64,000 bases of DNA. Origin: an uncultured Candidatus Saccharibacteria bacterium (lineage in GTDB: Bacteria > Patescibacteriota > Saccharimonadia > Saccharimonadales > 2-12-FULL-41-12). The translations under genes and the position numbers were made by a program. The stretch is taken from positions 673,421 to 737,420 of the forward strand of contig CAMTYB010000001.1 of the NCBI GenBank assembly GCA_947085855.1, read 5' to 3'. The number at the start of each line of letters is the position of its first letter. The stretch's first letter is position 1. Below the pieces are notes generated by a model. That model was not told where the DNA came from. It did not search any database and saw nothing but the letters and a program-made list of their open reading frames with translations. Of the stretch, positions 51,244 to 60,294 are shown piece after piece.

Positions 51244-52026
51244 GTGAAGCCCAAAAAGGAGCTCGGTCAACACTGGCTCTATGATGAAGCTAGCTTGCAA
51301 GCCATGTGCGATCTGGCTGATGTTGGCAGTGATGATACTGTCCTAGAAATCGGTCCCGGCCTTGGCACCTTGACCAAAAAATTGGTAACCCGAGCCAAGC
51401 ACGTGGTTGCGGTTGAGTTTGATAAGGCCTTGGCAGCTGGCCTCGCCAAGGAAGTGCCGGCCAATAATCTTACGGTCGTTCATAGTGACATCCTGCGTTT
51501 TGATCTGACTGAACTGCCGGCAGACTACAAAGTGATTGCTAACATTCCATATTACCTCACGAGCAATCTGGTGCGAGTTTTGTCGGAAACCACTAATCCG
51601 CCAACTTCGGTAACGTTACTGATCCAGAAAGAAGTGGCCGAGAGAATTGCAGCTGCGCCAGGTGCCATGTCGCTGCTCAGCGTAACAGCGCAATTGTATT
51701 TTGAACCATCACTTGGTCCGGTTGTGCCGGCTGAATTATTCACGCCGCCACCCAAGATTGATTCCCAGATTATTCATTTGTCCCGCCGACAACAGTCATT
51801 ATTGGCAGGGCAGGATTCACGAGTATTTATCCGAACAGTTAAGGCTGGTTTTAGCAATCGTCGCAAAACGTTACTGAACTCATTATCAGCCGGTCTACAT
51901 CTTTCTAAAGACGAGACCACAGCCTTGCTAAACGAAGCCGACATTAACCCGCAGCAACGACCCCAGAGTTTATCAATAGATGACTGGCTGCGACTATGCC
52001 AACACGTTGGCCCCGGTTCCTCATAA
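51244..52026 (+). CDS. rsmA: 16S rRNA (adenine1518/1519-N6)-dimethyltransferase
   Basis: KELGQHWL...VLEIGPGLGTLT...IANIPYYLTS. GTG start. Confidence 0.88.
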   Translation: MKPKKELGQHWLYDEASLQAMCDLADVGSDDTVLEIGPGLGTLTKKLVTRAKHVVAVEFDKALAAGLAKEVPANNLTVVHSDILRFDLTELPADYKVIANIPYYLTSNLVRVLSETTNPPTSVTLLIQKEVAERIAAAPGAMSLLSVTAQLYFEPSLGPVVPAELFTPPPKIDSQIIHLSRRQQSLLAGQDSRVFIRTVKAGFSNRRKTLLNSLSAGLHLSKDETTALLNEADINPQQRPQSLSIDDWLRLCQHVGPGSS

Positions 52027-52067
52027 AAGACAACAATAAATTAATTAAAATCTGCCATACTACAAGC

Positions 52068-52289
52068 ATGAATAGTAAGCGAGCACCGATTAATTCGACC
52101 AACATTACATCTGTCGGTTACGACGAAAAGAATCAGTTACTAGAAATTGAATTCCGCACCGGCCGCATTTATCGCTATAGCAGTGTGCCGCCGTACATTT
52201 ATGCTGGACTAATGAAATCAACCTCGCACGGTAAATATTTTTTGACCAAGATTAGCAATGTCTTTGCACATGTTGAAGTGCCTCGTTAG
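52068..52289 (+). CDS. KTSC domain protein
   Basis: SVGYDEKNQLLEIEFRTGRIYRYSSVPPYIYAGLMKSTSHGKYF matches the KTSC pattern. The internal ATG 52068 is preferred. Confidence 0.65.
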   Translation: MNSKRAPINSTNITSVGYDEKNQLLEIEFRTGRIYRYSSVPPYIYAGLMKSTSHGKYFLTKISNVFAHVEVPR

Positions 52290-52876
52290 TGCTCGCTGTT
52301 GACGCCGAACGCATAATCAATAGTGGCATTCATAGCATAGTGCTGGTAGAACAATTCGTAGACGGCAAAACTTCCGAACAAAAGATATGTTAACTCATTG
52401 TTCTCGCGTGAATAACCCCGACCTTCGGCGTATTCAAATAAGAACTCCAGAAATGGTAAATTATTTTCAAGGTGGAATGACCCCATCTCATTGAGGTAAT
52501 CATTTTCTCTGCCGCGCCAACGAATGTCTTGTTGGTCTGCAAGTGGTTCGTGGACATCCGGACTAGCGAGCAGTAATGAATGTTGTCCAAGACTCAGACC
52601 GGCTTGGTAGAGGAGGGCCTTGTAGGCAAGCAGCCCGCCTTCTTGAAAACGATCTTGCTCGATGTCTGAGGAAATGCCCCATTGTTCGACAAGCTCGTGG
52701 ACCATATCAACAAGTTCAGAATCTGTCTCGTCAATTTCTTGCCGAAGGTGTCTACACAACTCCTCGCTCTCTTCAAATTGACCAACAAACTCAAACAGTC
52801 CGTGCAGGGCTTCGTTTGAAATGCTTAGATCAATCACACGCGGCGCTAAATGATCGGCAGACAATCTCTCTTCCAT
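52286..52876 (-). CDS. hypothetical acidic cytoplasmic protein
   Basis: 196 aa with no recognised domain. The 3' end overlaps the KTSC gene by 4 nt. Confidence 0.45.
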   Translation of the reverse strand: MEERLSADHLAPRVIDLSISNEALHGLFEFVGQFEESEELCRHLRQEIDETDSELVDMVHELVEQWGISSDIEQDRFQEGGLLAYKALLYQAGLSLGQHSLLLASPDVHEPLADQQDIRWRGRENDYLNEMGSFHLENNLPFLEFLFEYAEGRGYSRENNELTYLLFGSFAVYELFYQHYAMNATIDYAFGVNSEH

Positions 52877-52896
52877 AGAACGTATTACTAGTTGTC

Positions 52897-55101
52897 CTAG
52901 AAACTAGTACCTCCGCCACCATCATTACCTCCACCAAAGTTGCTGCCGCCACCACCGTCTCCGATGTTCATGATGCCGATACCGGAAGAGGCACTGGTTG
53001 TACCATACCCACCAGAGGATCGGCTGCGTTGTCGGTAGACGTGAGTTCGAGCTGCTTCTTCCTGCTGGTCGATAGCATTCTTGAATCGGCGCATTTCAGC
53101 TACCTGAGCTTTTAGGTCGCCACGCTCAGCTTGAAGATCTATCTCGGGTACTCGTTGACCGGTCACGTAGTAGCCAGAGCCGCTGAGAAGAGTGCGATTT
53201 TGATTAAGGTAATTTGAAAGACTCGTAACATCTGTTTGGGCGCTTCTTTGGAGCGAAGTCAAGTTTTCGCGCAACTGCTCAATCTCTTGCTTTTGCTGGC
53301 GAGCATCAGCCTTAACTGCTTCGAGTATAACTGCTCGACTGTTGAGGCCATTGTCGAGCGCAAAGTAGTTTGGCTTTTCGACAACCAGATCGTTTTGCTT
53401 AAACTCTGCAAAACCACCGATTAGGGTAGCAAGCATTTGCTTGGTGTCTTCTTCTACATCATGAGGATAATCAAGATGAGTAACAAAGTCATTTAATTGT
53501 TGGAGTTCTTCGCCGAGGTGCTCAACGCGCTGTGGCAACTCTTCTTTGATTCTCTCTAGTTTGACTTTTCGTGAAGCAATAGTGCTGCCGTTACGCTCAA
53601 TTGCATCAATGTTGTACTGGTACTGAAGCAGCAGGGCTTCGAGTGTCTCTACAGATACCGCTGATTTGATACCAATTTCTTTCTTGGCAGCGGCTTCAAT
53701 TTCATCCATCTTAGCTAGGATACTGCCCGAGTCTAGGCCAATTCCATCGATGTCTCGATAACAGTCGTAGTTATATTCGTCGCGCAAGCTTTGCAGAATA
53801 TCGTTGTGTTTGCTCACGTATGAGGCAAGCCCTTCGCGCTTATCATTGAGTCCTTCAGTTGTACTGTCGGCTACTTCTCGTCGCTCAGGTAGGGAGGTCA
53901 CTTTCATCAAGAATATTTTGAGTGCTTCTTCGTGCTTATCAAGTAAGTCGCTTGGTTTATCGACGTAGCCACTACCGACCAACGCTACTACTTCGTCTCT
54001 AATTGCACTGAATTCACCGTTGTTTGTTTTTTCATATATTGTGACATCCCAGCCTTCTTCAGTGAGCTTACTGAGCTCACTGCCAGTGCGCGATAGCAGG
54101 TCATCGAATTTATTGCTGCGTTCATAAAGGGTAGTGATTTGCTGTTCAAATTTTCCAAATTCTTCTTTGGCTTTGCGCTCGGCTGCTATGCTGCTTCTTT
54201 CGGCTTGAGTAGCCGTGTCGGCCGTAGCCTCTACCTGTCGCTTGTTTGGCCAAATGCGTAATCGTTGTTCTCTATACGTGCTCGATAAAGCGTCCAGGGC
54301 GTCATCAAGCTCAACTCCGTTGTCGCCAGCTGTATCGTAAGCAGCCCGAAGCTCTGGAGCGTCATCCGGGGGTAGACTTGCAATTGCTTCATCTATGGCT
54401 CGAATTATCACTCCCAGGTCACCCATTATGAGTTCGCCGCTCTCTTGACGCTCCTTAGTGATCTTGCGAATGGTGACACCTCGGTAGGTTCGGCTGCCGA
54501 CGAGCGCAATCAGCGCAAATACGCCAGCACCAATGCTAATTTCTTTCCACGGCATATCAATATCTGTAGCTTGATCTTGGCTAGATGGACTCTCGTTACC
54601 GTTGCCTACTTGGCTGCGAAGGTCTGGGTTTAGGCGATTCAGCATGTCGGCTATATCGTATTGGAAAGATGATTCGGTATCGCGTAAGTCTTGTCGGAAC
54701 TCCGGAGTTTCTTCACTGATAAGTGAGTCTGGAATCGCATCGTTGGCGGTACCCCCGGTTCGAATGTAGGCTAGTCGGGCGCCCTCCGAGAAGAAGACGC
54801 TGACCGTATTGCCGTCGGCGACACCACAGCTTTCCTCGATATCTGCAAGGTATCTCGCTGCATCATCTTGGGTGCGTATACCTGGAACTGCTGCCAAGTC
54901 TTCCTTGTAGTACATGTGTACGCGTGTATCAAAGCCGGCATCTTCCATGTCGCTGACAGCGTGGAAAAGTTCAGTAGTTACTTCGCGGTTATTGAGAGTG
55001 TGGAAATCGGCGCATCCTGCTTGAGCTTGAGATTCTGGAGCACCACCGAGTGCTGCTGCGCTGGCAGCAATGGCGGCACCTTTCATTAGTCGTCTATTCA
55101 T
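52897..55101 (-). CDS. secreted/membrane TPM-domain (YgcG-like) protein with a long coiled coil and a Gly-rich C-terminal tail
   Basis: Signal peptide. TPM-like region (NTVSVFFSEGARLAYIRTGGTANDAIPDS). TM helix ISIGAGVFALIALVG. About 450 aa of coiled coil. The C-terminus is GGGGSNFGGGNDGGGGTSF. Confidence 0.45.
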   Translation of the reverse strand: MNRRLMKGAAIAASAAALGGAPESQAQAGCADFHTLNNREVTTELFHAVSDMEDAGFDTRVHMYYKEDLAAVPGIRTQDDAARYLADIEESCGVADGNTVSVFFSEGARLAYIRTGGTANDAIPDSLISEETPEFRQDLRDTESSFQYDIADMLNRLNPDLRSQVGNGNESPSSQDQATDIDMPWKEISIGAGVFALIALVGSRTYRGVTIRKITKERQESGELIMGDLGVIIRAIDEAIASLPPDDAPELRAAYDTAGDNGVELDDALDALSSTYREQRLRIWPNKRQVEATADTATQAERSSIAAERKAKEEFGKFEQQITTLYERSNKFDDLLSRTGSELSKLTEEGWDVTIYEKTNNGEFSAIRDEVVALVGSGYVDKPSDLLDKHEEALKIFLMKVTSLPERREVADSTTEGLNDKREGLASYVSKHNDILQSLRDEYNYDCYRDIDGIGLDSGSILAKMDEIEAAAKKEIGIKSAVSVETLEALLLQYQYNIDAIERNGSTIASRKVKLERIKEELPQRVEHLGEELQQLNDFVTHLDYPHDVEEDTKQMLATLIGGFAEFKQNDLVVEKPNYFALDNGLNSRAVILEAVKADARQQKQEIEQLRENLTSLQRSAQTDVTSLSNYLNQNRTLLSGSGYYVTGQRVPEIDLQAERGDLKAQVAEMRRFKNAIDQQEEAARTHVYRQRSRSSGGYGTTSASSGIGIMNIGDGGGGSNFGGGNDGGGGTSF

Positions 55102-55148
55102 CAGCCTTTAATACCATGAATTACAGAGGCAAAGCAAGCACAAGCACG

Positions 55149-55514
55149 TTAATAATTATGGTGCTCGTATACGCAAGGAATAATCGAATCCTTTTTTGAT
55201 GGGTCGTAATAAAAACTCCCTGGCTTACGCTCGGCACAGTACAGATCATGTCGCGACGATAGCTCTGGGTAGACAAGAAACGAAAACGGCATTACCAGTG
55301 CAATTAGGATAGCCCAAATAAACTTTATGTTACGCGATCGTAATAATTTATAGAGGGCAAACGAGGCAACCCCTATGGCAGGCGTTACGACATAGTAGTA
55401 AAGATGATAATTCGCCTTCAAATCCAGCAAATTAAACGACGCGATCATTACCAAAGCAAACGAAGCTAGGAATAGGCACAGCCAAAGTTTGAGCACAGGA
55501 CGTTTTTCTGACAT
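55149..55514 (-). CDS. hypothetical 3-4 TM membrane protein
   Basis: 121 aa and hydrophobic, with no recognised domain. Confidence 0.45.
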   Translation of the reverse strand: MSEKRPVLKLWLCLFLASFALVMIASFNLLDLKANYHLYYYVVTPAIGVASFALYKLLRSRNIKFIWAILIALVMPFSFLVYPELSSRHDLYCAERKPGSFYYDPSKKDSIIPCVYEHHNY

Positions 55515-55557
55515 ATGGGCTTACTATAGCAAAAAACGCCTCTGGTATACTGCCGGT

Positions 55558-56268
55558 ATGAATGCCGTCAATTACAAAGTTGTGCACAAATACCAGACCT
55601 TACCTACAAACTGTAGTCAAACTGCCTTGTCTATTTTACTGAGCCACTTTGGGGTTGATAAGTCGGCCGATGCCATAACGCAGGCTGTCCCGCAAGTAAA
55701 AGATGAGCAAGGAAAAGATAGCGGCACCATAAACCAGCAGCTAGCTACTTGGTGTGTCGAACAGGATTATAGGGTAAAAATGTACACCTTTGATTGCCAA
55801 ATTATTGATCAATCTTGGTCAGAAAATACAAGAGCCGAGATTGAGGACAATCTCCGACAATGCATGAATGGGCGCGACGTACCGGCACTCGGAAAAACCT
55901 GGTCAAACGCCTATCGCCAAGCATATATTGATTATCTGCGCACTGGCAGTGAGCTTGTAATTAAGCCGCAAGTTACATCAAGCTTGCTCTATGAATTGTT
56001 GGAAACAGCTCCCGTCCTGAGCTGTGTTTGCTTTAGTACGCTCTATGGAACTGGTCGAATAAATGATGAGGGTGAGCCGGACTACATAAACGGGAAAGCC
56101 TGGAACCATTCAATTGTAATACACGGCGTTGACGATCAGGGTAATTTCTTGATTGCTGACCCACTGCAAAAACCAGGACACCATGTCATTGAGCCCGAGA
56201 GGATGATTGCTGCCATATCAACTGCCCAAATTGAATGCGATAACCTGCTCTTCCAAATAAAAAAATAA
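55558..56268 (+). CDS. peptidase C39-like (papain-fold) domain protein
   Basis: QTLPTNCSQTALSILLSHFG carries the catalytic-Cys motif Q...NC..(A/T)AL. WNHSIVIHGVDDQGNFLIADP supplies the His/Asp. ATG 55558 lies 7 nt after TGgTATACT. Confidence 0.55.
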   Translation: MNAVNYKVVHKYQTLPTNCSQTALSILLSHFGVDKSADAITQAVPQVKDEQGKDSGTINQQLATWCVEQDYRVKMYTFDCQIIDQSWSENTRAEIEDNLRQCMNGRDVPALGKTWSNAYRQAYIDYLRTGSELVIKPQVTSSLLYELLETAPVLSCVCFSTLYGTGRINDEGEPDYINGKAWNHSIVIHGVDDQGNFLIADPLQKPGHHVIEPERMIAAISTAQIECDNLLFQIKK

Positions 56269-56285
56269 CCTCAATCAAGGTTATT
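56257..56285 (-). terminator. rho-independent terminator of ssrA
   Basis: AATAACCT (56264-56271) / AGGTTATT (56278-56285). On the minus strand the stem is followed by TTTTTTT. Confidence 0.7.
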
Positions 56286-56300
56286 TAGTAATAAATATTA

Positions 56301-56702
56301 TGGTGGAGCTGCCGGGAACTGCCCCCGGGTCCATCAGCTTACGTTGATAAGCGGTCTACGTATGTGTTTTGTTTAGGTTGTCTTAGCGAAGCAGACGGTA
56401 AACAAACAAAAATCTGCGTCGAGCAGCCCGAAAAGTCTTAGCATCAATCACACGGGCAGGTGATCAATGAGCGGCCAGAAAATATGACACAAACAAATCC
56501 TATCTGACGTCAGGTTTGCTGCGGCTTAATTAAAAATTAAGCTTGAAGCGCTACACGCTGTGGAGCAAGGTTGAAGTTACCCCAAGCAGCTAATAGTTGC
56601 TTCTTGATTGAAGTTTTTGCATCTGTTCAGATGGTCTATAACGCTGACAAGCGATACGCACACTTATCTGTAAAGGTCCAATGTCGAGCTATAATCAGCC
56701 CC
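56301..56702 (-). ncRNA. ssrA: tmRNA (SsrA)
   Basis: The minus strand reads 5' GGGGCTGATTATAGCTCGACATTGGAC...GGACCCGGGGGCAGTTCCCGGCAGCTCCACCA 3', a tRNA-Ala-like acceptor/T-arm. The internal tag reading frame ends ...GGT AAC TTC AAC CTT GCT CCA CAG CGT GTA GCG CTT CAA GCT TAA (GNFNLAPQRVALQA*). Confidence 0.88.
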
Positions 56703-56710
56703 ATAAGTAT

Positions 56711-56740
56711 ATTATACCACTAAACACAAGTACTTTGCAA
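56711..56740 (-). promoter_or_regulatory. ssrA promoter (TTGCAA-18-TGgTATAAT)
   Basis: On the minus strand, TTGCAA is at 56735-56740 and TATAAT is the reverse complement of 56711-56716. The first G of the tmRNA lies 8 nt downstream. Confidence 0.7.
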
Positions 56741-56793
56741 CTGACGACTTGGTCGGTGCATTGGGTCTTATATGTAGGACGCGCATTCGAAAA

Positions 56794-56864
56794 GGCACAC
56801 CCCGTGTGTCTTATCGCGAATCTCAACACCTTGCATTATTGATCGAAGGCACACGGCGTGTGCT
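56794..56864 (+). promoter_or_regulatory. twin near-identical hairpins/palindromes CGAA(A)AGGCACAC-N3-GTGTGYC
   Basis: GGCACACcccGTGTGTC at 56794-56810 and GGCACACggcGTGTGCT at 56848-56864, 54 nt apart. Each is preceded by TCGAA(A)A. Flanking ATGTAGG repeats lie at 56772 and 56872. All of this falls in the divergent region between ssrA and the TerC/DUF475 gene. Confidence 0.5.
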
Positions 56865-56955
56865 CTTTAAAATGTAGGCTCGTACGCATAGTTAGCCCGA
56901 CAAAGTGCCGTGAGTTTGTTTGCTGGACCTGTCTGCCTCTGTTACACTACATCGG

Positions 56956-58017
56956 ATGTCAAACAAGGTGACCTACAAGAAACAGCCGCTGTGGCGGATT
57001 TATGCTTTCTCGACCATAGTGTCGGTTGGCTTAATTATTTTTGCCGGTTTTGAAACTGGTATCAAAGGGCTGTTCTTGGTGTTGGCTTTGGCGGCTCTAG
57101 AAATTTCTTTGAGTTTTGATAATGCGGTTGTTAACGCTCGCATCTTGAAGCGCATGAGCCCGGGTTGGCAGCAGGCCTTTTTGACGGTTGGAATCTTGAT
57201 TGCTGTATTTGGTGTGCGAATCATTCTGCCAATCCTGCTAGTTTCACTGGCGGTTGGTACGAGCTTTGGCAATATTGTTGACCTAGCGCTGAATAACCCA
57301 ACTGAGTACGGTCACTTACTCGAGGAAGCGCACCCAATGATTGCGTCCTTTGGTGGTATTTTCTTGCTGATGATCTTCCTCGACTACTTCTTTGAGAAGC
57401 GAGAAACCAAGTGGTTGGTTTGGCCGGAAAAAGTGCTGCAAAAGATCGGTACACTTAAGAACATTAGTCCTATGATCGCCATCGGAATTTTGCTGGTAGC
57501 GTCGCAGGTGGTTCATCATGACGAGCAGACGACTGTGCTTGTAGCAGGTTTGGCTGGGTTGATGATATACCTGATTATTCACTCACTCGACACATTGTTA
57601 CACCGATCTGGTATTGAACAGAATCTCAAGGGTGGGGCAGCGGTGACTTCATTCAAGGCTGGTTTGCTCGGCTTTATTTACCTCGAAATTATTGATGCCA
57701 GCTTTAGTCTGGACGGTGTAATTGGTGCCTTTGCCATTACTAATCAGATTTTGTTGATCGCGATCGGTTTGGGTATCGGTGCCCTGTATGTGCGTACGAT
57801 TACCGTGCACATGCTGCGGCGTGGTGTGCTCGATCAGTATCGTTACCTTGAGCACGGCGCGCATTACGCAATCGGTGTCTTGGCAGTTATTATGATAGTT
57901 TCACTGAAGACTGAGATACCGGAAGTGGTGACTGGCCTGGCTGGGCTGACGATCATTATTACCTCGGTCATCCAATCACACACCTTCAATCGTCGCGAAA
58001 TTGCTGCTCAAAAGTAG
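56956..58017 (+). CDS. TerC-superfamily / DUF475 integral membrane protein
   Basis: ALEISLSFDNAVVNARIL and a second half-repeat LEIIDASFSLDGVIGAFAIT, in a polytopic protein. The start (ATG 56956 versus TTG 56920) is uncertain. Confidence 0.65.
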   Translation: MSNKVTYKKQPLWRIYAFSTIVSVGLIIFAGFETGIKGLFLVLALAALEISLSFDNAVVNARILKRMSPGWQQAFLTVGILIAVFGVRIILPILLVSLAVGTSFGNIVDLALNNPTEYGHLLEEAHPMIASFGGIFLLMIFLDYFFEKRETKWLVWPEKVLQKIGTLKNISPMIAIGILLVASQVVHHDEQTTVLVAGLAGLMIYLIIHSLDTLLHRSGIEQNLKGGAAVTSFKAGLLGFIYLEIIDASFSLDGVIGAFAITNQILLIAIGLGIGALYVRTITVHMLRRGVLDQYRYLEHGAHYAIGVLAVIMIVSLKTEIPEVVTGLAGLTIIITSVIQSHTFNRREIAAQK

Positions 58018-58069
58018 CTCTTCTGCGACCAGCACAATACGTGATATTTGATATACTGAAAGTAGTTAC

Positions 58070-59536
58070 ATGACAGATAAAAAAACCTTTTACATAACCA
58101 CATCAATCCCGTACGTAAACGGTGATCCACACATTGGCTTTGCCATGGAATTATTGCAAGCCGACGTTCTAGCTCGGCTCGCTCGCCAGAAGGGATCCGA
58201 TGTTGTCTACTCGGCTGGCTCTGATGAGCACGGTACTAAAGTTGCCGAGAAGGCTGCCGAATTTGGCAAAACACCCGAAGACTTTACGGCCGAAATGAGT
58301 CAAAAGTTCCGCGACCTAGCCAAGTTGCTCAATGTTAGCAACGATCGCTTTATCCGTACTACCGACGAAGGTCACGTCCAGCGCGCACAGTTGATCTGGA
58401 AGAACCTGTCCAAAGACATCTACAAGTCAAAATACACGGGCTGGTACGATGTGCGTCAAGAAGAATTTGTGCCGGAAAATCAGGTTAACAAAGAGCGCAC
58501 CGATCCTAAACACCCACAGGCTTACCAGAAACTGGAAGAAGAGAACTACTTCTTTAAGTTGAGCGCCTACACCGAGCCAATTAAAAAGGTGATTGAAAGC
58601 GATGAATTCCGGATTGTACCAACGTCTAAGCGCAACGAAATCTTATCATTACTCAAGGAAGGCCTCGAAGACATTAGTGTCAGTCGGCCAAAAGAAAAGC
58701 TCGATTGGGGTGTTCCGGTGCCAGACGACGACAGCCAGGTCATGTACGTCTGGTTTGAAGCCCTGATGAACTACATCACGGTGCTTGGTTATCCAGAGCA
58801 CAAAGACTTCAAGACCTATTGGCCAGCTAACGTGCAGGTGGTCGGTAAAGACATTAGTCGCTTCCATGCGGCTATTTGGCCAGCTATGTTGATGAGTCTC
58901 GAGATACCGCTACCAAAGTCGTTGTTTATACATAGCTTCATCACGGTCGATGGCGAGAAGATGAGTAAAAGTGTTGGCAATGTCATATCGCCACAGGAGA
59001 TCGTCGACAAGTATGGCGTCGATGCCTTCCGGTATTATTTCTTACGGCACATCCCAGCCTATGAAGACGGCGACTTTAGTTGGGAGCGCATGGAAGAAGT
59101 TTATAACAGTGAGCTTGCAAATGAGCTTGGCAACCTGGTGAGCCGAACTGCAGCTATGATTACTCGTTACCAATCTGGAGTGATTGGCGATATTCCGGCG
59201 CCGGAACATGACATTGCCGAGTACGGGCGAGCCTTAGATAACTTTCGATTTGATAAGGCCTTGGAAGAAGTCTGGCGTCAAGTTCGCGGTATGAACCAGT
59301 ACATTGATGAACAAAAGCCGTGGGTTATTGCCAAGGAGAGCGATCCAGCACACTTGCGCGAAGTACTGGCCTATGTGACGGGATCAATCCTCGAAATTGC
59401 CGAACTACTACTACCATTCATGCCAGAAACAGCCGCCAAGATTAACGGCATCTTTGATACTGGCATTGTCAAGCCAATCGATGGCACGCTATTTCCCAAG
59501 CGCGAGTCGAGCGAGCAAGCTGTGCGAGCCAAATAG
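58070..59536 (+). CDS. metG: methionine--tRNA ligase (short form, no C-terminal tRNA-binding domain)
   Basis: FYITTSIPYVNGDPHIGF (HIGH-type motif), KMSKSVGN (KMSKS), and a helical anticodon-binding domain. Confidence 0.92.
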   Translation: MTDKKTFYITTSIPYVNGDPHIGFAMELLQADVLARLARQKGSDVVYSAGSDEHGTKVAEKAAEFGKTPEDFTAEMSQKFRDLAKLLNVSNDRFIRTTDEGHVQRAQLIWKNLSKDIYKSKYTGWYDVRQEEFVPENQVNKERTDPKHPQAYQKLEEENYFFKLSAYTEPIKKVIESDEFRIVPTSKRNEILSLLKEGLEDISVSRPKEKLDWGVPVPDDDSQVMYVWFEALMNYITVLGYPEHKDFKTYWPANVQVVGKDISRFHAAIWPAMLMSLEIPLPKSLFIHSFITVDGEKMSKSVGNVISPQEIVDKYGVDAFRYYFLRHIPAYEDGDFSWERMEEVYNSELANELGNLVSRTAAMITRYQSGVIGDIPAPEHDIAEYGRALDNFRFDKALEEVWRQVRGMNQYIDEQKPWVIAKESDPAHLREVLAYVTGSILEIAELLLPFMPETAAKINGIFDTGIVKPIDGTLFPKRESSEQAVRAK

Positions 59537-60277
59537 ATTATCGAGCTCGCTGGCCGGTTTCCACTCTTTCCAGGTTGCATCATCGTGAGCTTTTAAGCGT
59601 CCGAGCGGTAGAGTCTTTGAATAATCCGGGTTGAGTACAAAGCCGTAGGCATATGTTTTGGGCCAGGCATGAGCAGTAACCCGCAGATCAGCCAGGACAC
59701 CTTCATACACTTTAAAGACATCGGTAACTATAGCTGGGTCAAGCGGGTCAAGTTTATCACCCGTTTCTTCTCGATATTCGCGGGAGCTGCCCTGTAGCGG
59801 GTCTTCATCTTTGTCACGAAAACCACCGGGCAGCGCAAGCTTACCGGTATCACCGCGCTCGATGATATGTATATGTGGCTCATCTAAGTCAAGGCGAATG
59901 ACGATAGGATCGCAGGTTTCGTTCTCGCCGTAGTTATAGTAAAAGCCTTTGCCGGCTAATACACCAATGGTTTTGGCTCGAGCCATTGCTTTGAACCATG
60001 GATGCACCATCATGCCGTTAGCATCAATGTCGTAGCCGTTGAGATTATTGATAATTGGAACAACGAGTCCGCTCGGGTCTTCGGTCCAGTGCGGTCCGGG
60101 CCGAGTGATTGCTTCGTACGGGTCAATGGAAGGGTCTTCGCAAACCAGCCGATCAGTAAAGTCTGGGTAACCAGGGTAGGTTAGCTCGGAAAGTTGATTG
60201 CCGAGTCTTTGCAAGCTTTCGTGCTTAAACCGGTCGTGGTCAACAGGCAGTTCACGAATTGTTTCTGAGGTTATCAT
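59489..60277 (-). CDS. NUDIX hydrolase, NUDT9-like ADP-ribose pyrophosphatase
   Basis: ATG 60277 with SD GGAG is preferred. Nudix box GGFRDKDEDPLQGSSREYREETG, with a C-terminal LFGSHSLL motif. The 3' end overlaps convergent metG by 48 nt. Confidence 0.7.
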   Translation of the reverse strand: MITSETIRELPVDHDRFKHESLQRLGNQLSELTYPGYPDFTDRLVCEDPSIDPYEAITRPGPHWTEDPSGLVVPIINNLNGYDIDANGMMVHPWFKAMARAKTIGVLAGKGFYYNYGENETCDPIVIRLDLDEPHIHIIERGDTGKLALPGGFRDKDEDPLQGSSREYREETGDKLDPLDPAIVTDVFKVYEGVLADLRVTAHAWPKTYAYGFVLNPDYSKTLPLGRLKAHDDATWKEWKPASELDNLFGSHSLLARLALGK

Positions 60278-60294
60278 AGTATTTCTCCGTGAGA

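Noticed and set aside
56741-56955. yybP-ykoY manganese riboswitch upstream of the TerC/DUF475 gene
   Set aside because: The conserved GGGGAGUAG / four-way-junction core is not visible. The twin GGCACAC hairpins are reported instead as an unknown element.
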